A stretch of 44,306 nt of DNA, filler included, from Sphacelaria rigidula (taxonomy: Eukaryota), in assembly GCA_964200075.2 (NCBI GenBank). It is 2 parts of 2 records of this genome, joined end to end, with 100 filler letters (N's around TTAATTAATTAA, not from the genome) between each part and the next. Parts side by side here need not be neighbours in the genome. Positions count along the whole stretch, not along the records: positions 22,207 to 44,306 come from CAXNAA020000354.1; 1 more part is not named here. The stretch is one strand, 5' to 3'. This document shows positions 25,801 to 38,800 of the stretch, piece by piece. Position 1 is the first letter of the stretch, and the number at the start of each line of letters is the position of its first letter. A program made the translations under genes and the position numbers. The notes beneath the pieces are model-generated. The model had not been told where the DNA came from and ran no database searches. It worked only from the letters and a program-made list of their open reading frames with translations.

Positions 25801-28800
25801 CTGCAGAAGAGGACGAGCCGGAGGCCGTAGGCCACAAGTCCGGCCACGTGCAAGGCCGAGAGCGTGTGCAGCCCGTCCCTAAACAGCCACGCTGCGGCTG
25901 CTGCCTGCAAAAAATCATTAATATTGCCCACGGCAAAGGGTGCCGAACCCTTCAGTTCTTGCACCACACTCCGGAGGCCTCGAAACTGAAGCTAAGCAAT
26001 GACACGAGTGGCTAATCCTGAGCTTGGATCATGATGTATGTTTGGGATGTTAGCAACATTTGACTGCGAGTCCAAACAATTTCACAGATGCAACCACTAG
26101 CAGGAAACTAGAGTTAGCACCACGTTGTGCAGGTGCGTGGAGCCAATACATCCATAGAAAGGAGGTAAGACAAGATCTGGGCACCCAACGAGCGTTTGTG
26201 TGCTTCGGGCCACCGGCGTACCGGCTATGGCTGTCTGCAGAATGCTTTGAAGATTGTATACTAGAAGAGTGTGTAAATGTATATATATACAGGCTGGTTC
26301 ACGGAAAAAAATCGACTTTCTGTCATCAGCAAATGCCTCCTGCAGTACGCACCCAATAGTCGCATACATGGTATCATACTGACCGCAATGAACAGACGAA
26401 GAGGGTGACATAGCCGGATTTTTGTTTAAGGCTATAGCGGTGGCGCTATGGACAAAAAATGTGTCTCGACCAATCAGCGCCTTTCAAACTGTTCCGAAAT
26501 CGAGAATACGAATTCCAAGCACAATTTCCACCGAATCTCCACATGCTTCAAATCGTAGTGACCGTCATCACCTCAAGAATCTAACGGGAGAATAGGTTTT
26601 GAAAACGATTCCAACGGGGTCGAATTATACCCGAAACCGTTATGTTTCGGTGATGTGGAGTTTCGCGTCGTCTAATTTCCACTCATGATACGCGGGAAAG
26701 ACCGAGGGAGCCTCGTGACGATTTCCCTTATACATGTTGTAGAAAAGCTCCGATCATCCTCAAACTTGGCAATTCCGTAGGTATTGATGCTTCAAATGGA
26801 AAATTGTGATATTGGCAAGGGTTCAGAGTTTCTCCGTCCTCTACCACCTTCCGGGGATCCCGGTACAAAAACCCCTGAAAGGCGGTACAGAATGACTCAA
26901 AAGAAAAAATAATAACATGATGCGTCCCGGGATGGTCCAAGGAACACATGTACAATTTTTGGTGGAGAAACTCGAAAATCTCATTCAATTTTTCCTGCCT
27001 TGACGTAAAATTCACCCTAAAAGATATTTTCATACTCAAACCAAGTAGTTCGGAGTTTGCATGTTTTAAGCTCACATCCTCGCACAAACGCGCAAATCTT
27101 CACGCATTAATTAGAAGTTAGACCCTGAAACTTTGCACAAATGTGCTATGAATGATTACACAAGTTTCGATCAACGAGGTTTTTCTAATTCTTGATTATT
27201 TTACCGTTTTCCGGGGGTCTGACGGGATCCAAGTCGTTTTTTCGAACTCATCCATTCTGAGACCCCGGAAAACCGGCACTAGAGTCTTTTTTCACTTTTT
27301 TCGCGAGCGCTCTGCCGCCGCAAAACCCAAGGAAGAACCCCACAAAGGTTCGTGGCCAAACTCGATTAAGTGGTGCTTGAATTTTCATGGCAAGGTTCAT
27401 CGCACAAACGCGAAAAACTTCACGCCATTTTAATGGGTTAGACCCTGAAATGTTGCACAGGTGTGCTACGGGTCATTACACAACTTTGTATCGATGATTT
27501 TTTTTTCTCTATTTTTTACCGTTTCACGGGGGCCAGACTGGATCGAATTTCTTCCCGGAAAAAGTGGGACCCCAGAAAAACGGTGAAAAATTTAAAAAGA
27601 AAAAATCGTCCATACAAAGTTGCGTAATGATCCATAGAACACCTGTGCAAAATTTCAGGGTCTAACTCCTTAAAACGGCGTGAAGTTTTGCCGATGAGTG
27701 TTTGGTTTTTTTTTCCCGTGAACCAGCCTGTATATTACAAAAGAACGCGCGGAGTAGGGAGGATTATCAAATCAAACCAGAGGCTACGGATAACAAGTCG
27801 ACGCTTGCACAAGTAGAACCTTGCACCTGGACTGGTACCTTTGCCGCTCCCCGTAATACCTAACAGCGGAGAAGTCCCATTATACCCCCAGCGTGAACTC
27901 TGAGGATAGTCAATCGACCGTCATATTTAGTCACTAACCCTTTAGACACTCGCGCGTCAGGCCGCGTGTCATTCCGTTTTTGCATGTCTTTTCGATGGAG
28001 AAACAACACCGAAAAAGAAACGCCGTTGGCACACACAAGCAGCGCGCCTGAGACATTTGTGCATGAGCCGCGGCCTGCCGTTGATATTTGCGAAGGGAAG
28101 ACGACCTCCGCAGGCTTTTGCGCTCTTAACGTGCAGGCCAGAAAATGCCTCACAGAACCGTCCACTCAGCCATTTATCAAGCTAAAAACCGCGAGCAACT
28201 CCTTCGAGCGCCCAAGCAACTTACAAGTGGCCACCTACGCTCATATTTTTGACAAATCTCCGTAAAACTTCCGAGACTATTCAAGACAGGATTTTCGGGC
28301 CAGCAGGCGGTGGGTATAAAAAGGGTTAAAAAAATATACCTGGAAAGCCACCGAAAAGCCGTACCCGTAGCTGACGAAGTGTTCCCTCACACGGAAGCCA
28401 TCAGCGGACAAAAGCAGAGACACTGCCACACCCTGCAGAAAAATGCGCAGAGGGAACGGAATGGCGCAGCAAAAAACGTTGCTTCGTGGGGGGACAAGTT
28501 GTGTATATCTTCTTCGACGTGCGAGATCGTGTCAAACTCGCACGTTCGAAAACTTTGGTGAAAGGGACCAGCCGCACGCTGAGTTCGGCTGCCCCGCGAC
28601 CACCCTATTCGAATGATTTTTTATCTTCCGTGGATATCGTGGAGACATATCAAACAAAAGAAAGCATCATTCCTCCATACCATGAAGTGAATGACGGTGC
28701 CAATCCCCCAAGTATCGCATGGGCGTCTCCACGTTACTGCAATACTTGCCTGTGCAAAAAGAGCTGGACCGGAGAGGGGGACGTGCGCAGTGGTTGAACG

Positions 28801-29103
28801 CAGTATATCAAGTGCGGCAGCTGCAACCTCTCCCCCTGCAACCATGGCGACGGAGCTCCCTCTGCCATTACCGTCAGGACCGGCAGGGCTGCCGCCTCGC
28901 AGCGTGGCTACTGTGCTAAGAAGACGCGAGCTCGGCGCTCCTCGGGTTGTAGCAGCGAAGGGGGACCTTTCGACGTTGAAGGTGTGACTGTTGTAGCTGT
29001 TGCCAGATAGTGATGGTGCTGCGTGGGGTGCGAAGCCGCACGAGCGGTCGACTTGGAAGTAGGCAAAAGCGGACAGGACTAGAAGTCGTTTGTTTCCCAA
29101 CAT
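22857..29103 (-). CDS. DUF1295 / steroid 5-alpha-reductase-like membrane protein with bipartite plastid presequence (3'-partial)
   Basis: Exons 29103-28750 (GC donor CAG|GCAAGT), 28432-28340 (FVSYGYGFSVAFQ), 25904-25762 (LHVAGLVAYGLRLVLFCRWRD), 25123-25003 (FWGVCSMLYAFLALP), 24664-24540 (GLVVEGIADWQKSRFKKKQPTRFCD), 22952-22857 (TGLYRFCRHPNYFGEAVFWTG). All phases match. EGIADWQK..FK and RHPNYFGE are DUF1295 hallmarks. The N-terminus MLGNKRLLVLSAFAYFQVDRSCG-FAP is a signal peptide with an ASAFAP-like cleavage site. No terminal exon was found. Confidence 0.9.
23365..23840 (-). pseudogene. Possible highly decayed RTE-clade LINE reverse-transcriptase C-terminal remnant
   Basis: Minus-strand fragments MYLGS...RLY...LRAEMI...GW and ...LHNGAIR...ILTY loosely follow the RTE pattern YLG...LY...LKAEV...W...HH.LLR...LSY. 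Frameshifted and weak. Confidence 0.3.
26290..27730. mobile_element. Non-autonomous Tc1/mariner-type DNA transposon (1,441 bp) in a DUF1295 intron
   Basis: Perfect 15-bp TIRs CAGGCTGGTTCACGG (26290-26304) and CCGTGAACCAGCCTG (27716-27730), each followed inward by an A/T run. TA flanks both ends (26288-26289, 27731-27732). No transposase ORF was recognised. Confidence 0.85.
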
Positions 29104-29884
29104 GTTTTTCGTGCGCCGCTGCGCTGCTGGCCGCTGGTGTCACAGTTCGTTCCGTTCGGTGCTCCTGAGATTCGTCCACAACGACGGAGAGAAGTGGTGA
29201 CGGTCGTTTCATGTAGCTGCATGGTTATTCAGCTATCCTCATTCGATACTCGGGTGTTCCGGTACTCGTCCATACAACATGCTCTTGTGGCTGTATCTCG
29301 TGTACTTCGGAACAATTTTCCGTTCCGTGTCCCAGTGTTTGAACAGCATACCACGGCATTGCAGTTCTCGAGGGAAATGACGAGATTCTTGACGCGGAAC
29401 ATGGCAGTGTGGCTGCAGAGAAATACTAGAACATGTGCTAGACAGGTCTCTGAGCTGTCTCTGAGCTATCTCTGGGCTACCCACCCTGCTCGCAGGTTCG
29501 TTTTGAGAAACATGTACAACATGAATCATGCGTTGCCGTAGGGGAGCATTTCAACAGTCAAAACAAACAGCAATGGCGCGTCACCAAAGGATGACGAGCG
29601 GGTATACGGTATGATCCAAATTCTTGGAACCAGTATTCATCAAGAACAAGAAGAGAAATGTACCCACCTTGCCTCCAAGTCCCACACTCGGTAGGTACGA
29701 CGATGGCTGAAACGAACCCTTGTCGGAGGGCATCTTTACGTACGTCAAAATCTATAAGCAGAAACTCCAAACCACATGTCATGTTCCATACATCGGGCGC
29801 AGCCGCAACCTGTGCAGCTGTCAACAGCTCGGGCCGTGGGCACTCCTTGCCTACCCTGTACACACGCCACAAAATCCCGGGGCG
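29104..29884. promoter_or_regulatory. Putative bidirectional promoter / 5'UTR region between the DUF1295 and SUV3 genes
   Basis: The divergent ATGs (29103 minus, 29885 plus) are separated by only 781 bp. No specific promoter motif was identified. Confidence 0.5.
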
Positions 29885-32800
29885 ATGCTTGTTGCAGGTC
29901 GTGGTTACGGTTGGGCCAGGTCTGCGCTAGCGACCTCGCGCCCAACTCGAGTTTCGCAACATGTCACTGGCAGCAGAATCGTGGCCTTGGCAAACCCTAC
30001 TGTTGTAGTCAGACGAAACCACTCGGCTTGGCAGCAAGGCGCTTCCGCAGGCGGCGTACGCGACACAGGCGCTCGTCGGCGAAACAAGAGTACGTTGGTG
30101 GAAAATAAATCTGGAGAGCAAGTCGGCGTGTTCAATGGGGGCAATAAGGCAAGGATGACGCCGCATAAGGCGGACGATGTTGCTGCTGAAGGCGCTCGCC
30201 ATAGAGTCAGCGCAATAGGTGGTCAAGAGCGGGGCGAGTCGACGATGGCCGCGGCGAACGGAGCACGCTCAACTACGGCGGTCACGGACGTGGGGAGCAA
30301 GCAAAAGTGGATGGACTATCAGATGAAGCTGCAAGCTAGAGTAGGTCTCTTGCAAGAATCCCAGGCGGTGGAGAGCGAAGTAGTACAGCAATGCACAGTG
30401 GCTGATTCCGCGGTTGTCGACCTAACCAGGAAGGGCACAGGTGATTATGGCAGTAGCAGTGATCGCAGTAGCGGCAGTAGGAAGAAGACGTCGGAGACGC
30501 ACGCCGCGGGAGAGGAAGTCGAGACATGTCAACAACCCGAGGCGATTGTCCCGAGGAAGAAAACAGCGTCTAGGGGCAGCCGAAAGGAGGTCCCAGCGGC
30601 ACAAATGGGGAGTTTGGACGCGACCGACAACGCGCAGAGTGCTTCGCCCCCAAGGACAAACGGACACGCCAATGCTAGCAGCGGCACGAGTAGTAGTGTA
30701 GAAGGGGCTATAGCAGAGATTGCTGGGGCACGCCGCATCCTCGCCGTCAACCCCAACACTGCTGCGGCAGCGTCAATAAACGGACACGCATACAGCAGAC
30801 TGGGCATGAGCGGCGACGCGACATTCGACGAATACACATCGGCTGTGATGGAAAGAGAGAACTTCACGGGACTAGGGTCAGTGGCAGCAGCAACAATCGA
30901 AACACCAAGGAGAGATCCACAAGGACTTTATTCGATCGGCAACAATGGAGCCGAGAGGACGAGTTCCGCGACTATTTGCCTCGGCAGCACTAACAGCAGC
31001 AGCACCAGCAGCACTGCTACTTCACAATTCGAGAGGAACCTCTCGTCGGGGGTGGAAGCGGGTGTGCTGGAAGGGAGAGTTACCAGCACGGTTGGTAGGC
31101 GAGCTTGGTGTAATGGGGAAGAGTACGATGCGATTACGGACAAGTCAATGGTGTCGCCATCCCATGCTGGTCACAGTGGAACTGAAACGGGCGCTACAAT
31201 ATCTGTGGAGAGCGTTGAGTCCGGTCATGAGCCGAAAGACGAAGGCTCGGCAATAGTAGCAACAACATTAGAGGCGGTGGAAACTACGATAGGCGACGGC
31301 GATGGTATTGCCCACAATTCGGTCAAGGGCGCTCTTTTGCAACGCCAACAAACCAGAGCACAAGTGGAAAACCTGGCGGATATATACGGGAAGGGGGTTG
31401 CCGCGGCGGCCGCAGCCGTTGCCGACGGTGCTGCTGACGATTACAATAATGTATTGAATTTCCTCACGGACTCGAAGTCGTCATCCTCATTGCCATCAGT
31501 GTCTTCAAGAGAGAAGCAGGCTAAAACAGGCTCGACGCCGCCCGCGTCTTCCTCGGATACAAGAGAAAGGGCTGCGCAGGGAACGCATCAGGCTTCGGGT
31601 GCGAGTATGCAGACACCTGAGAATCCATCGCCGGCGTCTACTACTGGCACGAGTGGTGACACGGGCAGGGCTACCGCTTGGTCGAACGTCCACGCAAGGA
31701 GAAACCTTCAGATTTTGCTGGAAGGGCTTGAGAACGACTATGGAGTGGCGGCGGGAACTAAGCAGAACTGTGTTCCCAAGGTGTGTGACGTGTGGGGATG
31801 TTCGCGGGATCATTTTTGTTTGCTCGTTTCGTTTTTTCATCAATCGCACCACCACACCTTATACTACATGTAGGGGAAGGCATTTGGACGTTTATAATGG
31901 GAGCGTCTGCCCGTTTTTTTCTGTTTGATGAAGCAGTCGGATTTCATAGTCATGAACCGGTGAGATTTGGGTCTCACGCTTACTATTGGGCGTATGTAAA
32001 ACGAATAATCGCGCGTTGCAGGGCAATATAGGATATCGAGTATCTTTACCTGTTAATTTCAGTATAGTCCAAGCCCCATACAACATTGGTTGACATATAT
32101 CCGTGACTTGGTAAAAGATTAGTGAACTTGTAGAAGCTGGTCAAAAATTAATTTATCACAGCATCGACCCGGTATGTCTCCGCGGTATAACGTGGGCGAG
32201 ATTGGCGCATACATTGAGTGGGTGCCGTTAGGGGCATACCTGATATAAGATTCGGAGATACGTTCGCAATATGAGGGGGAAACAGAGAGTATGACTTCAT
32301 GCGCCGAATAAATATTCCTTAATTTAATAACCCTCCAATGGGGTTAGGCGTCGGTTGGCGATGATGCCATGAAACACGCCTCTCACTGAGTAAGGTAGGC
32401 TACCAGGTTACCGATTTTTTTGCGCGCTTGCGTTTTATTTCGCGGTGACCACGATGGTGGTCGAGCTAGATCATGCTGTGCGGGGTGGGAGAACCTCAAC
32501 TCCGCGTAAAGGGGATGATCGTACTACGTGGTGTTTACACGGTGAGAGACCCATGAAGTAGTGTATAAGCCGTGGCTGTCTCTGAAAGTGGCGGTACCAG
32601 AAAATGAAGCAACTCATTGTAGGCTGTCATCCAAGTGCAAGATAATCAGTAGGCCTCGGGCCGAACAATCGTAGCAAGATGCAGCTCACCCTTTATGCCA
32701 CTCGCCGAGCACACCACGGCGCTTCGTGCTTGGCGATTGATTGCGAGCCTGGTCCGGCGAAAACCGGCATGCTCCGTCCCGGCTTGTAGGGATGCAACGG

Positions 32801-35800
32801 TCATATGACTATGGCATGCATGATCATGAGCACACCCACCTCGGACCCTTTTCCTTTGGCCGTCAAGGAGCCACCACTGGGGGGAAAAGACGAGCTGCTA
32901 ATGTACTGTCTATTAGCAAAACGTTTGCCGTCATCATCCTTGCATGAACAACTTAATCTCTGGTCACCTTACGCTTCAAGCAATATTTCACGGTTAGGAC
33001 GAATCATCACGACTAAGAATCACCAAATTCACGATTTCTTCGGCCTGATTGCCCNNNNNNNNNNCGCTGGTCCAAGGGGTATCCACGCAACTTTTGCGCC
33101 ATTTCATGTGTCTAGGCTGCGTGTACCTGGGTTGCAATGATGAAATAAAGCCTAAGAATTGACTCGTTCGAGTCGAATCAGTTATACTAAAACCAGGTAA
33201 TTTCCAGACGAATCATTATTGTCCGACTCTTGAATAGTTTCATCTCGCGATATCACGATGGCACGCAAGCGACCAAGGGGTATCGGCAGCCAAGGCATGA
33301 AGGTACCTTCAGAGTGCTGGCATTGTGATTAAAAAGTAAGGTGCCCCAATTTTGCGGTTGCGACCTGTTCAAAATCTCCATCCAATCGGACCATTAATAT
33401 AACGCACACGCCTCGATACTTCGGATATCAAACGTGTCTTGAATTTATGACTAGAACGACACAAGCCCGACTGACTCCCTGTCAGCACGGTACTGCATGA
33501 ACAATACTGGACCGACTGCACTGCAGCCTGTTGTGCTGACTGCAGGGGATCCATACTCGTGTCGTTCAGTGCACTGTACGCGAACACTTCGAATGTCCCC
33601 CTGGAGTGCCGTGTTATTACATCTCGAGTTATTTTCCAGGCGAACGATTGTAAGACTGGCTGCACGCGTGTAAGCATACCCCGTCCCCGCCTTCTTACTC
33701 CTGCTTTTTTGTTTCTCAATCTCCAACACAGCGCACGCTGGCGAAAGTAATGCCTGTTTTCCGAAAGCAGGTGTTGACCGAGCCTGAGATCGCTTTCCCG
33801 GGTGAGAATGACCAACTTGTATACGTTCATTACACTTGTCCCAGTTTTAGACCAAGATAATACAAAGTCTAGCTATGTCATATTCCGTAGTAGTCTGTAG
33901 CGTGTAGTCGAAGGCAAGATGGGGACAGATGACCTAAGCTGCAGGTGCACAGTGTCCGCTTGTACAGGGTTGTATGTTGGGCTTGCCGTGTTTGACTCGC
34001 CTAAATAAAATGCGGTTAGGGTTTAACTACGTCGGCGTATTGGTCTGCAGATGGTAAGCAGGTGTACTTTCTGCTCAGTACACTGCATGTGCATACGTTC
34101 CAAAATTGCATAGCAAACGTTACCGTGTGGGAGAGATTGAACATAACAGATACCTATCAACTCGGGTATAGCATCCCTCCTCCGATACATTGGGGCCTGA
34201 CGCGAGCGTCTTTCACCTTGACCGAAATTGACTGAAACGCAGCCTTGAATCGGGTACTGGACGGCTGCTGCGGGTGTGACCTAGCACACATGGATACTCG
34301 TTAGGTGACTTGAGCTTTTATGTGGGATTGTGAGGTGGTGTCCAAACAGGTTCGTTTGGTTTCCCATTTTTGCGTTTGCTCCCATCACTTCAGTTTCTCT
34401 GACTCGTCATCAACGAGTGCCAAATTATCAAACAGTCCGCGTTCCGACGTTGAGCCCCGTGGCCGACTTCAATGCTAACTTCCTTACAGAAGCCTGATTG
34501 CATCTAGCAGCTCAGCTACTTGGAGATGGAATCCCCCCCACCCTCTCACCACACGTCCTTCGAGACTAAGATCAAAGTTGAGGATGCGAAGCCATCTTTG
34601 AAACGTGTCACCGCTTGCTGTGTTTGTATACGACAACTTGGTCATATCAACTTGTTCAACATTGTACATTCATCTAATATATACTATCCGGGTTACTTTC
34701 CAGGAGAGGACGGAGAGCGCATAAGGGCGGAAATTTCGAGACTCTGTTTCGATCCCAAGTTCAGGGGCGATGCCGTGACACGAAAAAAGCCGCAAAGGGT
34801 CGCGCAGCGTCACGGGAGGACGTTCAATTTCCAGAGCAAAGCGAACCATCCCTCTGGGTTTACTGCCGCACGGGCGCGGATAGTCGAAGAGGTCTTTATT
34901 CCGCGGTAGGTGTGGAAAGTGTGGAGGTGTGTGGAGAGGATGGATTGAGGAAGGGGGGAGATTCGCGTCACAGTGCGGTGCTTCTCTTTGTCTACGTTTG
35001 ACTTTTACCTTGAACTCATGTGGTCCTGGAGTAGGTACGAGTTGGGCCAGCCAACAGTGGGGGGTTTTCTCGCTCAGACGACGCTCGGCGCGATATTAGG
35101 AGTTGGACGCTGAAATTTCGACAGCAGATTTTTATGATCGACATGAGAAACATCCCGTAAGCAGCAAAGAAAAAAAAGAAGGAAGTTACGGGGGTTGAAA
35201 TTTCAGCAAAAACAAGATGATGTCATAATTTCACGAAAAAAATGAGAATCTGAAGATGCTCACGGGATGTATCATTCCCTTGGGTGCAGAAGTTCTTCGT
35301 GAAATTTCAGCCCAAGAGTCCTCGAATTGGGCCACGCGTGGTTAAGGTCATATATGATGCAGTCCATTTGTTTTTCATTTTTCTTCTTCATTCAGCGGCG
35401 GTGCCGTGTCTTACCAGGTTGGTCTGCACTTCACAGTGGTATGCTTACATCGGGTTCACTCGGGAAAGTGGGAAAGCTGCGGTGTGAGCAACTTTTAGCC
35501 GCTTTTAAGCTGGCCCAGTTCGTACAGGATATGCTTTGACTATTTGTTGTTGTTGTTGGTGGTGGTGGTGGTGCGGCGTCGAGGTCTCGGTACGGTATAG
35601 GCTTTTGTTTTTTTATGCTTTTTTTCCCCAAAAAACTTATGCGTCTCGTTCAAAAGGGGTCATTTTGAAGCGGAAATCCCACCGAGGCGTTACAATTACT
35701 TTATTTTAGTGTGGAATACCTAAAATCAAAATCCATCATATATGCGAATTATATGCGCGCATCAAAAACAAAAGCCTAGTAAGGTACACTGTCTTGGATA

Positions 35801-38800
35801 TGTGTCAAAAGTCGTCACTATGTATCTTCTTGTTGGATTACGATTGTGGAGTATGACGTCCTGTGTTGCCACGGCTGCATATTGAGAAAGCATCTCCATT
35901 GAGAGTTTTGGGTTATCGTAGGAATCACCATTTCATTTGAGAAACGATGACGCTAAACACCATCACCAGAATAGTGATGATGATGATGCTATTAATAATG
36001 ATGCTCATGATGCTGATGCTAATTCTGTTGTTTTGTTACTGTGGGTCCAGGTTAGTATCGCTCGCGAAGGAACTATTCCCCGAGGAGGTGGAGAACGCTC
36101 GAATTCTGCTGAGGGCCGTGGATTTGTCAGATCCGCACGAATGGTTTCCGCTGGCGAGGTTACGCAAAAGGAAGATCATCTATCACGGGGGTAAAACCTA
36201 CTTGATATTTACCGTGTTCATTTTTATCGATGATCAAAGTTTCCATGTCTTCGTAACAGCCTTGAGCATGACGATGCATGCGAGTACATACTTGTACGTG
36301 TTGCGGTGTTGAAAAGGAGATCGGAGGATTTTTTGTCGTTGCCTTTTGTTTTCATGATGTCCATTCAGCTCACGTCTACTGCTGGAAACGTCAAAGAGAA
36401 AGTCGAACTGTACTTTGCAAGTGCAGGTGCAAGTACAAGTGCACCAGCAAGGTCCGTTTTTCAGCTATTGGCGCTTAATTATAATCGAGTGGGTTGCATG
36501 ATACGGTACGGCGGCAGGTCCCACGAACTCGGGGAAGACGTACAACGCGATCAACAGGCTAAAGCAGGCGGGAGCTAATAGGAAAGAGGGCGATCCGCCC
36601 GCCGGGCTGTTCTGCGGACCGCTGCGGCTGCTGGCGCTGGAGGTGTACGAGCAGGCGAGAGATCTTTAAGAAATGGAAAATGACATGATTCAGTCAACGT
36701 CTGATTATAATAATGATGATGACAGTAGGGCATGACTCGGCGCTGGTGGTGTACGAGCAGGCAAGAAACCTTCGAGAAGTGGAGAATGGCACGATTCAGT
36801 CAACGTATAATTATGATAACGATGATGGTACTACTGTAGAGTAAAACTTGCCGGCTTATCTACAAACATTGTGGATCACGGTAGGATCAACTGTTTTCCG
36901 TAAATTCAGAAAGTTTCTGTGCGTGGTGTTAGTTCATAGCGGCTGTTCTTTTCATGGTTTCAGACGCCGTTTTCAAGATATTTCAGCTCAAAGTGTCAGC
37001 TATACACTACACCTTGCAGCAGCTACCGCTCCATGTCAATTATAATTGTCGCCATCATGGGCGGGCGTAGTGTTGATTAGCGGCGAAGATGCTTTCGGTA
37101 TCAGCACTCGCGGGACAAAACCACGGTAAGCAATATTTTTCAAATTGCTCCATTCATAAATGTAGTGAGAAGAGACGGCACTCGAGAAGTACGCCACGAT
37201 CATCAAACGGGGATACTTCAGAAAGGTACGGACGGCATGACGGGGGAACAGATAAATCGAGCCCGAGACGGATATGGCGGGGAATGAAGCAATAGCACGC
37301 CTCCGAGGAGGACTCGTCCGCTAATTGCGCACGATAACAGTCGCAAGAGTGCAGCGTCGTCGCCGAACAGAACACAGGGAAACGTCAAGAGCTCACATGG
37401 CCGCCTCGTGCCGGAGACGAGAGAAATGGGAAAATGCGCTGAAAACGTGCACATGTTGCTGACGCGGTGTGTGACGTCGGGATTTAAAATCCCTGCGTTG
37501 ATGGAGTGGATGTAACCGCAAGAGCCCACGAGAAGCCTTCCCGCGGCGCAGCGCGAAGAATAGTATGGTGTCGAAAACGCTAATGCGTTATCTTGCTGTC
37601 TTCCCCTCCGTCGCCGTGAGGCCCGTCAAAGTTTAGATACAGATATTTTTGTTATAGCTGGGAGAAGGGGAGGGAGGGGGGCGAGAAAATGCTCTCTAGT
37701 TTGCCTTCGTGGTGTACTGGAGATTTTGAAGATCAGGTCCTCAGATGTACGTGCATCGGCGAGAACAAGGCGCGCAAGCCTTGCCCTTGGAGAATCAAGC
37801 ATCGAGACATGGGCTCTTTCTGGAGTGGCGCAAGTCAGCTAAAACTACCACCTGTGACATCGCAAGCAAGCGTATGGTCGAACACAGGGCACAGAACGTT
37901 TTACGTGAGCAAGAACTACAACCAGAGCGACTCGGCGAGCGTCTACGCGGTCGGCGGAATGGTCGTTCTTGAAACGTGTCGTATGCACGTGCTCCTGGGT
38001 GATGTCGTGGCTGGAGGCGTTCTGCTCTGCGCGTGCCATGCATGACTGCAAACTACTCGCGACACAGACCAGGGTTGAATGTGACCAGTTTTCGTACATG
38101 TCTTGGTACAGAAGCGAAAACTGGGTTGCATGTTCACTCTCTGGACGTCCGTACCCCTGGCAAACATGTTCAGCTAGATGGAGACATTGAGTAGACGAGG
38201 TCGTTTTTGCATGACCGCGACCCACTCTGGTTGAGTGCATGGGGTCTCACAAACGGGGCATTTTTTTCATATTGTCTCTTATTCTTCACTTTCTTCCTCT
38301 TTTTTCCCGACTTCTCCGAAAAAAAATGACGAAAAAAGATCCGACGCTAGATTTTCGGATAAATCTGTTTTTAGTCTCAAATCGATCGAATGTCTGTACC
38401 TGGATGTGGAATCTCCCCTCACATTTCTCGCAGGGATACCCCCCCCTCCCGAAAAATTGAGAACATTCGAGGAAAAAACCAAACTCGTTAATAAGACCCC
38501 TAAGTGATGCCATACTATTGAACGATGTGAGTGCCGTAAGTGCTACCCCATTACTCACGTAGACAATTGAAATATGTCTCGCAATTTATGCCTCCAAGGA
38601 TGTGATGCTGTCGCTCAACTCCCCCTTCCTCTTTTCATGCTGGACCCCCCACACGGCGTTGTATTCGACCGCGCAGCTGAACAGCCAGGGTGTGTACTGC
38701 AGCCTGTACACGGGGCAAGAGAAACGTAGTGTTCCGTTCGCGACGCATGTGTCATGCACCATCGAGATGGCTTCCTTGACCCAGCCCTTCGAGGTGGCGG

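Noticed and set aside
32386-32834. Hammerhead ribozyme / retrozyme in the repeat family
   Set aside because: I found no CTGANGA...GAAA core conserved across copies on either strand by eye.
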